A DNA stretch of 64,000 nucleotides from contig CAWANJ010000001.1 in NCBI GenBank assembly GCA_963783385.1, forward strand, positions 192,001-256,000. Reading direction: 5' to 3'. The position numbers and the translations under genes are program-made. Positions 9,202-19,876 of the stretch are shown in pieces. Numbering within the stretch: the stretch's first letter is position 1; every line of letters begins with the position of its first letter. The DNA is from an uncultured Gemmatimonadales bacterium (GTDB lineage: Bacteria > Gemmatimonadota > Gemmatimonadetes > Palauibacterales > Palauibacteraceae). The notes below the pieces were generated by a model, which saw only the letters and a list, made by a program, of their open reading frames with translations, made no database searches and was not told the origin of the DNA.

Positions 9202-11327
9202 CCCGAGCCGTCGCCTCCGGCTCGACGGATGGCCGAGATGCGGGATCGCCGGGCGCGGCGCTCGCCACCCTCCATGGATGCCTTCACGTCGAACAGCTCG
9301 TCACGCAGGCGGGCGGCGCGCTCGAAGTCCAGGGCCTCGGCCGCCTCTCGCATCTCGGTCTCCAGGACCCGGATGAGCTCCGCCGGCTCGAGGTCCTCGT
9401 AGCGCTCCCCGGCCTCGCGCACGGCGGCGGGGGCCGGACCGCGAGCGTCGGCCACGGACGTCGAGAAGCGGATCTGGTCCACGGACTTCACGATCGAGCG
9501 CGGCTCGATCCCGTGCTCCTCGTTGTACGCCGCCTGCACCTCCCGCCGCCGATCCGTCTCCCCGAGGGCGCGGTGCATCGAGTTCGTCATCCGGTCGGCG
9601 TAGAGGATCGCGGTGCCGTTCAGGTTCCGCGCGGCGCGTCCGATGGTCTGGATCAGGGAGGTCTCGGAGCGCAGGAAGCCCTCCTTGTCCGCGTCCAGGA
9701 TGGCGACCAGGGAGACCTCCGGGAGGTCGAGCCCCTCTCGCAGCAGGTTGATCCCTACCAGGACATCGAACTCGCCCAGGCGGAGGCCACGCAGGATCTC
9801 CACGCGTTCGATCGAGTCGATGTCGGAGTGCATGTAGCGGACGCGCACGCCCCGGGCGTGGAGGAAGTCCGCCAGGTCCTCGGACATCCGCTTGGTCAGC
9901 GTCGTGACCAGCACACGCTCGTTGCGCTCCGTGCGGGCGCGGATCTCCGCCAGGAGATCGTCGACCTGTCCGCGCACCGGCCGAATTTCCACCCGGGGGT
10001 CCAGGAGCCCGGTGGGCCGGATGAGCTGCTCCACGATGACGCCTCCGGACTTCTCGAGCTCGTAGTCGCCCGGCGTCGCGCTCACGAACACGGCCTGCGA
10101 CACCACGTCCTCCCACTCGTCGAAGGACAGGGGACGGTTGTCGAGAGCCGACGGCAGCCGGAAGCCGTGCTCTACCAGGGTGGTCTTCCGGCTGCGGTCT
10201 CCCCTGTACATGGCACCTATCTGGGGCACCGTCACGTGCGACTCATCCACGATGACCATGAAGTCGTCGGGGAAATAGTCCAGGAGGCAGTAGGGCCGCT
10301 CGCCGGGGCGCCGGCCGTCCAGGTGCCGCGAGTAGTTCTCGATGCCAGGACACACGCCGATCTCGCGCATCATCTCGAGGTCGAAGCGGGTGCGGGTCTC
10401 GAGCCTCTGGGCCTCGAGCAGGAGGTCGTCCTGCTGCAGCACGAGCAGCCGCTCCTCCAGCTCCCGCTCGATCTTCTCGATGGCCGTCTTCAGCCGGTCC
10501 GGCTGAATGGCGTAGTGGGTGGCGGGGAAAATCGCCGTGCGAGGCAGACGCGCGATGACCTCGCCCGTGAGGGGATCTATCTTGGAGATGCGCTCGATCG
10601 TGTCGCCCCACAGCTCGATGCGCACCGCCTGCTCCTCGTAGGCGGGCATGACCTCGACCACGTCGCCTCGCACGCGGAAGGTCCCGCGCTGGAAGTCCAG
10701 GTCATTGCGGGAATACTGGATGTCGACCAGGCCCCGCAGGATCTTCCGGCGCCCGATCTCCTGCCCCTCCTCCAGGGTCACCATCATGGCCCGGTAGCCG
10801 CGCGGGTCGCCCAGGCCGTAGATGGCGGACACGGAGGCGACCACGATGACGTCGCGGCGCTCCATGAGGGACGACGTGGCGCGAAGGCGCAGCCGGTCAA
10901 TGTCCTCGTTGATCGAGGCGTCCTTCTCGATGAACGTGTCGGTCTCGGGGACGTAGGCCTCGGGCTGGTAGTAGTCGTAGTACGAGATGAAGTACTCGAC
11001 GGCGTCCCTCGGGAAGAACTGGCGCAGCTCCCCGTACAGCTGCGCGGCCAGCGTCTTGTTGTGGCTCATGACGAGCGTGGGGAGTCCGGTCCGCTCGATG
11101 ACAGCCGCCATCGTCACGGTCTTCCCGCTCCCTGTCACCCCGAGGAGCGTCTGCCAGCGGTCCCCTCGGAGCACGCCCTCGGTGAGCTCCTCGATCGCCC
11201 GCGGCTGGTCGCCGGTAGGCTCGAAGGGGAGCTGGAGGTCGAACACCTCCGAGCGAGGCGTGTCCGCGTCCGGCCACGCCCCCGCCCCGCCCTCGCTCCG
11301 GCCCCCGGGGTCCGCCCTCCACACCAC
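9198..11327 (-). CDS. uvrB: Excinuclease ABC subunit B
   Basis: [40 protein letters not shown]-terminal UVR domain. Confidence 0.98.
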   Translation of the reverse strand: MVWRADPGGRSEGGAGAWPDADTPRSEVFDLQLPFEPTGDQPRAIEELTEGVLRGDRWQTLLGVTGSGKTVTMAAVIERTGLPTLVMSHNKTLAAQLYGELRQFFPRDAVEYFISYYDYYQPEAYVPETDTFIEKDASINEDIDRLRLRATSSLMERRDVIVVASVSAIYGLGDPRGYRAMMVTLEEGQEIGRRKILRGLVDIQYSRNDLDFQRGTFRVRGDVVEVMPAYEEQAVRIELWGDTIERISKIDPLTGEVIARLPRTAIFPATHYAIQPDRLKTAIEKIERELEERLLVLQQDDLLLEAQRLETRTRFDLEMMREIGVCPGIENYSRHLDGRRPGERPYCLLDYFPDDFMVIVDESHVTVPQIGAMYRGDRSRKTTLVEHGFRLPSALDNRPLSFDEWEDVVSQAVFVSATPGDYELEKSGGVIVEQLIRPTGLLDPRVEIRPVRGQVDDLLAEIRARTERNERVLVTTLTKRMSEDLADFLHARGVRVRYMHSDIDSIERVEILRGLRLGEFDVLVGINLLREGLDLPEVSLVAILDADKEGFLRSETSLIQTIGRAARNLNGTAILYADRMTNSMHRALGETDRRREVQAAYNEEHGIEPRSIVKSVDQIRFSTSVADARGPAPAAVREAGERYEDLEPAELIRVLETEMREAAEALDFERAARLRDELFDVKASMEGGERRARRSRISAIRRAGGDGSG

Positions 11328-11330
11328 CGG

Positions 11331-13568
11331 TCAGGACTCCAGCGTGAGGTCGCTCTCGCCGAAGCTCTCCTTGCGCTCCACGCGGAGGACGCCCTTCACG
11401 CGCCGGATCCTCTTCATCACCTTCCGCAGGTGTCCGAGGTCCTCGACCTCCACCACGAACTGGCCGCGCATGCCCCCCTCGACGCCGTCAATGTCAGCCG
11501 ACTGGATGTTGGTGCCCGTGTCCGAGATCGCACGGGCGATGTCGCCCAGGAGTCCGTGGCGGTCCGTGCCCTCCATGGTCAGGCGCACGAGGAAGCGCTG
11601 GTCGGACCTGGCGTCCCACTCGATGTCGACCCGGCGCTCGGGCCGGTCCGAAAGGCTGAGGATGTTGGGGCAGTCCTTGCGGTGAATCGAGATTCCGCGG
11701 CCGCGCGTGATGTAGCCGATCACCTCGTCGCCCGGCACCGGCTGACAGCACTGGGAGTAACGGATCATCAGGTTGTCCATGCCCTGGATCCGGATCCCCT
11801 TGTTGTCGCCGCGCACCCGGTCGACGAGGCGGGTGATCGGGTTGGAGGCGCGCACCGGCTCGGGCGGCTCCTCCCCGGGACACAGGACGCGCATGACGCG
11901 CGTTATGCCCACGTCTCCCCGACCGAGCGCCGCGTGCAGTCCGTCCACTCCCCCGTTGAGGCCCAGGCTACGGGCCGTGGCGCGGAGCTGCTCGTTGTCC
12001 GCCTTGTGGCGCCGCTTCCGGCACTCCCGGTCCAGGATCTCCCGTCCGATGTGCACGGCCGACTCGTGCTCCTCGCGGCGGATCCACTGGCGGATCCGAT
12101 GGCGCGCGCGGCTCGTCTGCACGAACCCGAGCCAGTCCCGGCTCGGCGTCTGCGATTCCGAGGTAATGATCTCGACCGTGTCGCCGTTCTTGAGCGGCCG
12201 GGACAGCGGTGCGATCTGGTCGTTCACGCGGGCGCCGGCGCAGTGGTGGCCGATCTCGGTGTGCACGGCGTACGCGAAGTCGATCGGCGTGGCGTCCTTG
12301 GGGAGCTGCTTCACGTCACCGGCCGGAGTGAACACGAAGATCTCGTCCTGGAACAGGTCGATCCGGAGGAACTCCATGTACTCCTCCGGCTCGCGGGTCT
12401 CCTGCTGCCATTCGAGCACCTGGCGGAACCACACGAGCTGCTCGTCGACCTCGTCCGTGTCGCGCCGATCCTCCTTGTAGCGCCAGTGCGCCGCGATCCC
12501 CATCTCCGCCGTGCGGTGCATCTCCTCGGTGCGGATCTGGATCTCGTATAGCCTGCCGCCGGGTCCGAAGATCGTCGTGTGCAGGCTCCGGTACAGGTTC
12601 GACTTGGGCGTCGCGATGTAGTCGTGGAAGCGCTCGGTGAGGGGCGTCCACTTGTTGTGGATGACACCGAGGGCGTGGTAGCAGTCCCGGATCGTCGGGA
12701 CCACGACCCGCATGGCCAGGATGTCGTAGATCTCCTCGAAGGGCTTCCCACGCCTCTGCATCTTGCGGTAGATGGACCACAGGTGCTTGGCCCGTCCCGC
12801 GATCGAGCACTCGAGCCCCGCTTCGCGGAGCTCGGCCTCGAGCGGCTCCTGGAGCCGACGAATGAGTTCCTCCCGCTCCCGGCGCGTGTCCGCGACCTTG
12901 CGGGCCAACTCCCTGTAGGCCTCGGGTTCGAGGTTCTTGAACGCCAGGTCCTCCAGCTCCCACTTGACCTTCGCCATCCCCAGGCGGTGCGCGAGGGGGG
13001 CGTAGATCTCGCGCGTCTCGAGCGCGATGGGCCGGCGCCGGGACTCCGGCAGGTGCTCCAGGGTGCGCATGTTGTGCAGCCGGTCGGCGAGCTTGACCAG
13101 GATCACCCGGGCATCGCGGGCCATGGACAGGAGGAGCTTCCGGTAGTTCTCCACCTGGCGCTCGGCCAGCGAGCCGAGCTCGACCCGCGAGATCTTGGTG
13201 AGCCCGTCCACGATGGTGGCGATCTCGCTCCCGAACTCCTGGCGGATCTCCTCCACCGACGTGCCCGTGTCCTCCACCACGTCGTGCAGGAGGGAGGCGG
13301 CGATGGACACGGTGTCCAGGTGGATCCCGCTCAGGATCTTGGCGACCTCGACGCAGTGGGTGATGTAGTCGTCCCCCGACTCGCGCTTCTGGCCGGCGTG
13401 CTTCTCCTTGGCGTACTGGAACGCCAGCGCCAGGAGCTCCAGGTCCAGGCGCTTCTCGCTCCCCTGTATGGCACGCAGGAAGTCCGGGGGCAGCAGCGCG
13501 GCCGGCCCCTGGGGGGCCTCGGCGGCACCGGTCCCCGACGTCACGCTCTGCTCGGTCGCTTCGGGCAT
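11331..13568 (-). CDS. rel: Long RSH bifunctional (p)ppGpp synthetase/hydrolase
   Basis: HDVVED hydrolase motif, KLADRLHNMRT, YRSLHTT, EIQIRT, TGS (TPIDFAY), ZFD (CCQPVPGD), ACT. Confidence 0.96.
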   Translation of the reverse strand: MPEATEQSVTSGTGAAEAPQGPAALLPPDFLRAIQGSEKRLDLELLALAFQYAKEKHAGQKRESGDDYITHCVEVAKILSGIHLDTVSIAASLLHDVVEDTGTSVEEIRQEFGSEIATIVDGLTKISRVELGSLAERQVENYRKLLLSMARDARVILVKLADRLHNMRTLEHLPESRRRPIALETREIYAPLAHRLGMAKVKWELEDLAFKNLEPEAYRELARKVADTRREREELIRRLQEPLEAELREAGLECSIAGRAKHLWSIYRKMQRRGKPFEEIYDILAMRVVVPTIRDCYHALGVIHNKWTPLTERFHDYIATPKSNLYRSLHTTIFGPGGRLYEIQIRTEEMHRTAEMGIAAHWRYKEDRRDTDEVDEQLVWFRQVLEWQQETREPEEYMEFLRIDLFQDEIFVFTPAGDVKQLPKDATPIDFAYAVHTEIGHHCAGARVNDQIAPLSRPLKNGDTVEIITSESQTPSRDWLGFVQTSRARHRIRQWIRREEHESAVHIGREILDRECRKRRHKADNEQLRATARSLGLNGGVDGLHAALGRGDVGITRVMRVLCPGEEPPEPVRASNPITRLVDRVRGDNKGIRIQGMDNLMIRYSQCCQPVPGDEVIGYITRGRGISIHRKDCPNILSLSDRPERRVDIEWDARSDQRFLVRLTMEGTDRHGLLGDIARAISDTGTNIQSADIDGVEGGMRGQFVVEVEDLGHLRKVMKRIRRVKGVLRVERKESFGESDLTLES

Positions 13569-13810
13569 GGTCTCACCTGCCGGAGGATCACCGCGAGATG
13601 TGCGGCAACTCCATGGTACGCACGAGGCGACACGGGGTGCCAGTTCCGAAACGGCTGCGAGCGGACGATGGGCCGACGGGGGGATCCCTCTCCGACTGCG
13701 GCTCCGCTCCGAGGGACGCCCCCGCCGGCCCGGGACCAGCCCCGTTTCAGATGGCGTTGAGGGGGAGGTGGTTCGTCCCGTCGCACCGGTCACGATGCGA
13801 GGGGAGGCGC

Positions 13811-14509
13811 ATGGCTCCGACGATCAGGGAATGGCCCACGGAGGAGAGGCCGAGGGAGCGGCTGGCGGCCCTGCGGGCCGAGGCGCTGTCGGTCCGGGAG
13901 CTCCTGGCGCTCCTGCTGGGATCGGGAGCGCGCGGCCGTTCGGCAGTCGTCCTGGCCGGGGACCTGCTCGAGGCGTTCGGGGGCTCCCTGCGGCGCCTCG
14001 GGTCGGCCGAGCCGGCCGTGCTGGAGACGGTCCGGGGTGTGGGGCCGGCCCGCGCCGCAGCGGTCGCGGCGGCCTTCGAGCTGGGGCGCCGGGCGGCGGC
14101 GGAGCCGGCACGGAGAGAGCCCCGCATCCGGGGACCGGCCGACGTGCACCGGCGACTGGGGCCGCGCCTGAGGGACCGACGGCAGGAGGAGTTCTGGGCC
14201 GTGTACCTGGATACGCAGAACCGGGTCCTGGTGGAGCGGCGGCTCACCGTGGGTCTCCTGGACTCGTCCCTGGTCCACCCCCGCGAGGTGTTCGTGCACG
14301 CCGTCTCGGAGGCCGCCTCCAGCCTCCTCCTGGCCCACAACCACCCCAGCGGCGACCCCGAGCCCTCGGCCGACGACATCGCCGTGACCCGCCAGCTCGT
14401 GGCCAGCGGGCGCCTCCTCGGCATCCCGGTCCGCGACCACGTCGTCCTCGGCGACGACCGCTACGTGAGCCTCATGGAGCGGGGACTGCTGGCGGGCGAG
14501 AAGGGGTGA
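13811..14509 (+). CDS. radC: RadC / JAB-domain protein (UPF0758)
   Basis: ERPRERL, HhH (VRGVGPARA), VHPREVF, JAMM motif HNHPSGDPEPSADD; GGGGAGG RBS. Confidence 0.95.
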   Translation: MAPTIREWPTEERPRERLAALRAEALSVRELLALLLGSGARGRSAVVLAGDLLEAFGGSLRRLGSAEPAVLETVRGVGPARAAAVAAAFELGRRAAAEPARREPRIRGPADVHRRLGPRLRDRRQEEFWAVYLDTQNRVLVERRLTVGLLDSSLVHPREVFVHAVSEAASSLLLAHNHPSGDPEPSADDIAVTRQLVASGRLLGIPVRDHVVLGDDRYVSLMERGLLAGEKG

Positions 14510-14781
14510 GCCAGACCGGGACGCGCCAGCGCGTCACGATGGCCTTGCCCTCTAACGACGGTGCCGGTTCCAGGGCCGGCGATCGTGCCGATCGGTGCAC
14601 ACCTGTATGCAGGTTGGCCGCACGAAGCGCTCGTGGCTGTCGGGAGAACCTCCGCGCGGCTGTGGGGAGCTCCATCGGCCGAGCTACCCGGGCACAGAGC
14701 AAGCCGAAGGAGATGGAGCGGACGGGCGGGCGGGCCTGGCGGCGAGCCGACGCCCCTGCGGCCGCCGTGTACGAGCTGGGA

Positions 14782-14942
14782 GGCGGCCGGGCGCGGGGAT
14801 CCCCCGGAGCGGAGCCGCAGCGGAGCGGCGTGGATGCGGGCTGCGACCGTGAAGAAAGGTGTGTCTGGTGGCGGGCTATCCCGTGATGAGCGGCGGGCGC
14901 GAAGCGAAGGCGGAGCGCAGGGGGACCCCGCGCCCGGCCGCC
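14782..14942 (+). repeat. Long imperfect inverted repeat with four tandem GNA:GNA internal loops
   Basis: Arms 14782-14805 and 14920-14942 are complementary (one bulge), continued inward by GGA/GCA, GGA/GGA, GCA/GAA and GGA/GAA loops spaced by 2-3 GC pairs. Confidence 0.8.
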
Positions 14943-14943
14943 C

Positions 14944-14972
14944 CGCCTGGAGGGCTACAGGCTGTCCAGGCG
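14944..14972 (-). terminator. Hairpin immediately after secA stop (putative terminator)
   Basis: CGCCTGGA...TCCAGGCG stem; no U-tract. Confidence 0.4.
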
Positions 14973-14977
14973 ACTCG

Positions 14978-17900
14978 TCAGGCCAGCCGTCCGTGGCACT
15001 TCTTGTACTTCTTACCCGATCCGCACGGACACGGGTCGTTGCGCCCCGGCTCCTCGTTCACGTCGAGCGGCTCATCCGGCCGGATGACCCGGGCCCCGCC
15101 CGGCGCCATCTGCGCCGCCGAACCGTCCGCCGAGGCCGAGGTGGCCACGCCCGTCGCCGCGAAAGCCGGCTCCTGCTCCTCGACACCGGCCCCGTCTCCT
15201 CCGGGCGTCATCGAGCCCACGCCGGTGGCGGGGCTCTCGTCCGGACCCGACATGGCCGTGATCTGCGGGGCACGCAGCCGTTGCTGCGGCTCCGGCTCGA
15301 TCTGCGCTCGGAACAGGAAGTTCGCGACGGCGCGCCGCAGCTCTGTCATCATGGCCACGAACTCGTCGAACGCCTCCTGCTTGTACTCGATCAGCGGGTC
15401 CTTCTGGCCCCACGCCCGGTACCGGATGGAGTCGCGCAGGTGGTCGAGCTCGTACAGGTGATCTTTCCACTTGTCGTCGATCACCGAGAGGACGATGAAG
15501 CTGAGGATTCGCTCCCAGTGCTCCCCGAAGCTCTCGATCTTGTGCCGGTAGGCCTCGTGGGCGTGCTCGACCACGGCCTCCAGGAGGTCCTCCGGGTCGG
15601 ACCACGGCAGGTCGGCCCGTGAGCTCTCGCCCTCCGGCAGGAAGTCGACCAGCAGGAAGTAGTCGAGGATCAGCTTCTCGCGGAGCCCGGCCAGGTCCCA
15701 GCGCTCCGGGTGGGTGCCCGCCTCCACGAAGTCGACCACGTCCCCGCGCAGGGCCGCCTCGATCATCTCCCACGCCTCGCCCTTGAGGTCCTCTCCCCCC
15801 TCCAGGGCGAACAGCCGGAGGTCGTAGATGACCTCGCGCTGCTGGTTCATGACGTCGTCGTACTCCAGCAGCTTCTTGCGGGCCTCGAAGTTCTGGAGCT
15901 CCACCCGCTTCTGAGCCCGCTCGAGCGCCTTGGTCATCCACGGGTCCGAGATGACCTCGCCCTCCTTCATGCCGGCCCGGTCCAGCCACTTGGCGATGCG
16001 GTCGGATCCGAACAGCCGCATGAGGTCGTCTTCGAGCGACACGAAGAAGCGGCTCGAGCCAGGATCCCCCTGGCGGCCCGAGCGGCCCCGCAGCTGCCGG
16101 TCGATGCGGCGGGCCTCGTGGCGCTCGGTGCCCAGAATCTGGAGGCCGCAGGGCGGGTCCACCTGGCAACCCAGCTCCTCGATCTGGGCCGGCGACAGGT
16201 CGGGCGTCTCCTCCACCTGGCCGAAGGCGGGCTCCTCGGAGAGAATCCCGCACACCTCGCACTTCACGACGCCGGGCCCGAGCTTAATGTCCGTGCCGCG
16301 GCCGGCCATGTTCGTGGCGATGGTGATCGCGCCGGGCTGTCCGGCGTTGGCCACGATCTGGGCTTCCCGCTCGTGGTTCTTGGCGTTGAGGACCTCGTGC
16401 TCCATGCCGCGCCGCCGGAGCACCCGGGAGATCATTTCCGACACCTCGACGCTGGTGGTGCCGACCAGGATCGGCAGACCGCGCTCGTGGAGTCGCTCGA
16501 TCTCCTCGAGGAGCGACGCGTACTTCTCCCGCTTGGTGCGGAAGATCACGTCCTCCTGGTCGACTCGCCGAACCGGGCGGTTCGTCGGGATCACGACGAC
16601 CTCGAGACCATAGATCTCGTGGAACTCGCCCTCCTCCGTCTCCGCCGTGCCCGTCATGCCGGCCAGCTTGTCGTACATGCGGAAGTAGTTCTGGATGGTG
16701 ATCGTGGCGAGGGTCTGGGTCTCCCCCTGCACGGTCACCCCCTCCTTGGCCTCCACGGCCTGGTGGAGTCCGTCGCTCCAGCGCCGTCCCGGCATCTTGC
16801 GGCCCGTGAACTCGTCCACGATGACGATCTGGCCGCCTTCCTCCACGTACTCCACGTCCTTCTCGTACAGGGCGTGGGCCTTCACGAGCTGATGGATGAT
16901 GTGGATCTTCTCCGACTTCTCCGCATACTCGCGTTCCAGCGCCGCGACGGCCTCGCGCTTGTCGGACGCGGACAGCTCCTCGGAGTCTTCGACCTTCTTG
17001 ACCTTCTGGGAGAGGTCTGGGACCACGAAGGCCTCGGGATCGGATGGGCTGAGGACGTCCAGGCCCTGGTCCGAGATCTGGATCGTGTGCCCCTTCTCGT
17101 CCGTCGAGTACAGCAGCAGCTCGTCGATCTCGTGCAGCCGCTTCTCGCGCATGAGGTCGCCCTCCGTGCGCTGCACGAGCTGCTTGACCCCCGTCTCGTT
17201 GAGGAGCTTCATGAGCCGGCGGTTCTTGGGATCACCGCGCTGCGCGGCCAGGAGGAGCTGTCCCGCCTCGTGTTCCTTGGAGGAGTCGTCGTCCTCGCGC
17301 GACTCCTCGAGGAGCTGCTCCCCTTCGGCCACCAGCTCCCGGACAATGCGGCCCTGGCGCCGCACGAGGTCCGCCACCTGGCTGTTGTACTTGCCGTAGA
17401 TCCCCTCGTCGCCCTTGCCGACCGGGCCGCTGATGATCGAGCGGGGTGCGGGCTTCGTCGATGAGAACCGAGTCCACCTCGTCGATGATCGCGTAAGCAT
17501 GGCCGCGCTGCACCCGGTCCTCGAGCCGGACGACCATGTTGTCGCGCAGGTAGTCGAACCCGAACTCGTTGTTCGTCCCGTAGGTGATGTCGCAGCCGTA
17601 CGCCTCCCGGCGCACCTGCGTGCCCGGCTCGGCGTCGTCGATGCAGCCGACCGTGAGCCCCAGGTACTCGAACACGGCCCCCATCCACTGCGAGTCGCGG
17701 CGGGCCAGGTAGTCGTTGACGGTGACGAGGTGGGCGCCCTTTCCGGCGAGCGCGTTCAGGTACAGGGGCATGGTGGCCACGAGCGTCTTGCCCTCGCCGG
17801 TGGCCATCTCGGCGATCTTGCCCTGGTGGAGGACGATCCCGCCGATGAGCTGCACGTCGTAGGGGACCATGTCCCAGGTCGTCGTGTTGCCGGTGACGTG

Positions 17901-18278
17901 GATTTCCCGGCCCAGGAGCCGACGGCACGCCTCGCGAACGGTGGCGAACGCCTCGGGGAGGATCTCGTCCAGGACCTCCTGGGTGAGCTCGCCCAGCTCC
18001 TCTTCCAGGCCCGCGATGCGCTGCGTGAGGTCCGCCCGCTCGCCCGGGTCCTCGCTGTGCCGCCGGCGCTCCCGCAGCTCGGCGACCTCCTCCTCCAGCG
18101 CTGCGGTGCGCTCCCGGATCTGCTCCCGGAAGCGCCCCGTCTGGGCCTGGAGCTCCTCCTCGGAGACGTCCGCCAGCCGCACTTCGTGGCGTTTGATCTC
18201 GTCGACGATGGGCTGGAGCTTCTTCATCTCCCGCTCGAAGCGGGTGCCCACCAGGCTGTTGATGAGGGACTTCAGCAT
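14978..18278 (-). CDS. secA: Preprotein translocase ATPase SecA (apparent +1 frameshift at ~17438)
   Basis: [23 protein letters not shown]|IISGP split across frames, [25 protein letters not shown]-terminal [19 protein letters not shown]. Confidence 0.96.
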
Positions 18279-18335
18279 GGCTCCGTCAGGTGCTCGAGGC
18301 GTGCAGGGGCCGCGCGGAGCGGGCCCGACGCACAG

Positions 18336-18977
18336 CTAATAGACATGCCGCGTGGCATCGTTCCCCCCATCGGGGGCCGTGTCGGCCGACTGGAGGACGT
18401 CCTCGGCCCAGGCGCGCTCCAGCGCGCCGCGGACCGACTCCGGCACCAGGTAGCGGACCGTGAGCCCCCGGCCCAGGCGCTCCCGGATGCGGGTGGCCGA
18501 CAGGTCCACCCGCGTCACGGGGAGGGAGCGCACGTCGATCCCGTCCGCCTCCCAGGCTCCCGGATCCTCTCCCCCGCGCGTCATCACGACGACGTCCGCC
18601 AGCTCCGTGAGCCTGCGCGGCTCGTGCCAGCTGGACAGCGTCCGCAGCTGGTCCACACCGAGGACCAGGTAGAGGGCCTCGGGTGCCCGCATCTCCCGAA
18701 TCCAGGCGAGCGTATCGACGGTGTAGGAGGGCCCATCGCGCCGTACCTCGACATCGCTCACCTCCATGCGGGGGTCCCCGTCGAAGGCGCGCCGAACCAG
18801 GTCCAGCCGCACCGCCGCGGGCAGCACGGCGTCCCGGTGCGGTGGCCGGCCGGCGGGGACGACCAGCAGTCGGTCGAGTCCCAGGCCCTCGACCACGTCG
18901 CCGGCCACCACGAGGTGCCCGATGTGGATCGGATCGAAGGTGCCTCCGAACAGCCCCAGTCGCTCGCCCGTCGGCAT
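18336..18977 (-). CDS. nadD: Nicotinate-nucleotide adenylyltransferase
   Basis: GGTFDPIHIGH, SYTVDTL, LSATRIR. Confidence 0.95.
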   Translation of the reverse strand: MPTGERLGLFGGTFDPIHIGHLVVAGDVVEGLGLDRLLVVPAGRPPHRDAVLPAAVRLDLVRRAFDGDPRMEVSDVEVRRDGPSYTVDTLAWIREMRAPEALYLVLGVDQLRTLSSWHEPRRLTELADVVVMTRGGEDPGAWEADGIDVRSLPVTRVDLSATRIRERLGRGLTVRYLVPESVRGALERAWAEDVLQSADTAPDGGNDATRHVY

Positions 18978-18987
18978 CCCGGCCGCC

Positions 18988-19815
18988 TCAGGCGCCCTGA
19001 CCGGTCTCGTTTCGCAGCTTTCTGGCCGCCTGCGAGTCCGCGTGCTCCGTCAGGAGCCGCTGGCGCACGTCCTTGGCCTCCGAGTCGAACCCGATCTTCC
19101 GGTAGCTATGGTAGAGGCTGGCCAGCACATCGGGCACGATCGACGCCTTGGGGTAATTCTTGAGGATGATCTCGAAGTACACGTTCGCGGACTCGTAGAT
19201 GCCGTGGTCGAAGTACCACTTGCCCACCTTGTAGGACTTGGCCGCGAGCTTGTCGTTGGCCTTCTGCTGGAGCGTCCTGGCCGAGTCGGCGAGGGGGCTG
19301 TCGGGATAGTACTGCAACAGCCGTCCGCAGGCGTCCACGGCCTTGTGCGTGTAGTCCTGGTCGAGGGCGAGCTCGGGACTGAGCTTCCAGTCGCACCGGC
19401 ACACGCCCAGGAGCGCGTCGTCCGCGAGGTCGCTGGTGGGGCGGTTCGTGCCGAGGCGATCGAAGGCGTCGGCAGCCTCGCGGTAGTGCCCCTCCTTGAA
19501 GTACGACTCGCCCAGCAGGTACTGGCCACTGTCGGCGCGCGGGTCCAGGGGCGCCTCCAGCAGGAAGGACTTGAAGCCCTTGGCCGCCGCGCCGTAGTCG
19601 CCGGCGGCGAAGCGCTCACGGGACCAACGGTACTTGCCCTCGGGAGCCATCTGCTTGGGTGGACTCGCCGTGCCACACGCCAGCGCTCCCGCGAACAGCG
19701 CCAGGCCCGCGGCGGCCGGGACGACCCGCAGCCAGAGGCCGCCATGACGGCCGGCCCACGCCCGCGCTTCGGGTTCCCCGGCGTCCTCGCTCGCTGCAGG
19801 CTCCTGGCTCCGCAT
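18988..19815 (-). CDS. bamD: Outer membrane protein assembly factor BamD
   Basis: Lipobox ALAC, TPR repeats, LDQDYTHKA, KLAAKSYKVGKWY; start uncertain. Confidence 0.88.
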   Translation of the reverse strand: MRSQEPAASEDAGEPEARAWAGRHGGLWLRVVPAAAGLALFAGALACGTASPPKQMAPEGKYRWSRERFAAGDYGAAAKGFKSFLLEAPLDPRADSGQYLLGESYFKEGHYREAADAFDRLGTNRPTSDLADDALLGVCRCDWKLSPELALDQDYTHKAVDACGRLLQYYPDSPLADSARTLQQKANDKLAAKSYKVGKWYFDHGIYESANVYFEIILKNYPKASIVPDVLASLYHSYRKIGFDSEAKDVRQRLLTEHADSQAARKLRNETGQGA

Positions 19816-19876
19816 CCTCACTCCCTCTGCTTCCTCTCTCACTCCCGGCCTCGACGGCTCCCACACGCCATCCTGC

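Noticed and set aside
13811-14509. radC as the marker of a mobile or defence island
   Set aside because: It is the full-length chromosomal type with HhH, and there is no integrase, transposase, att site or compositional shift nearby
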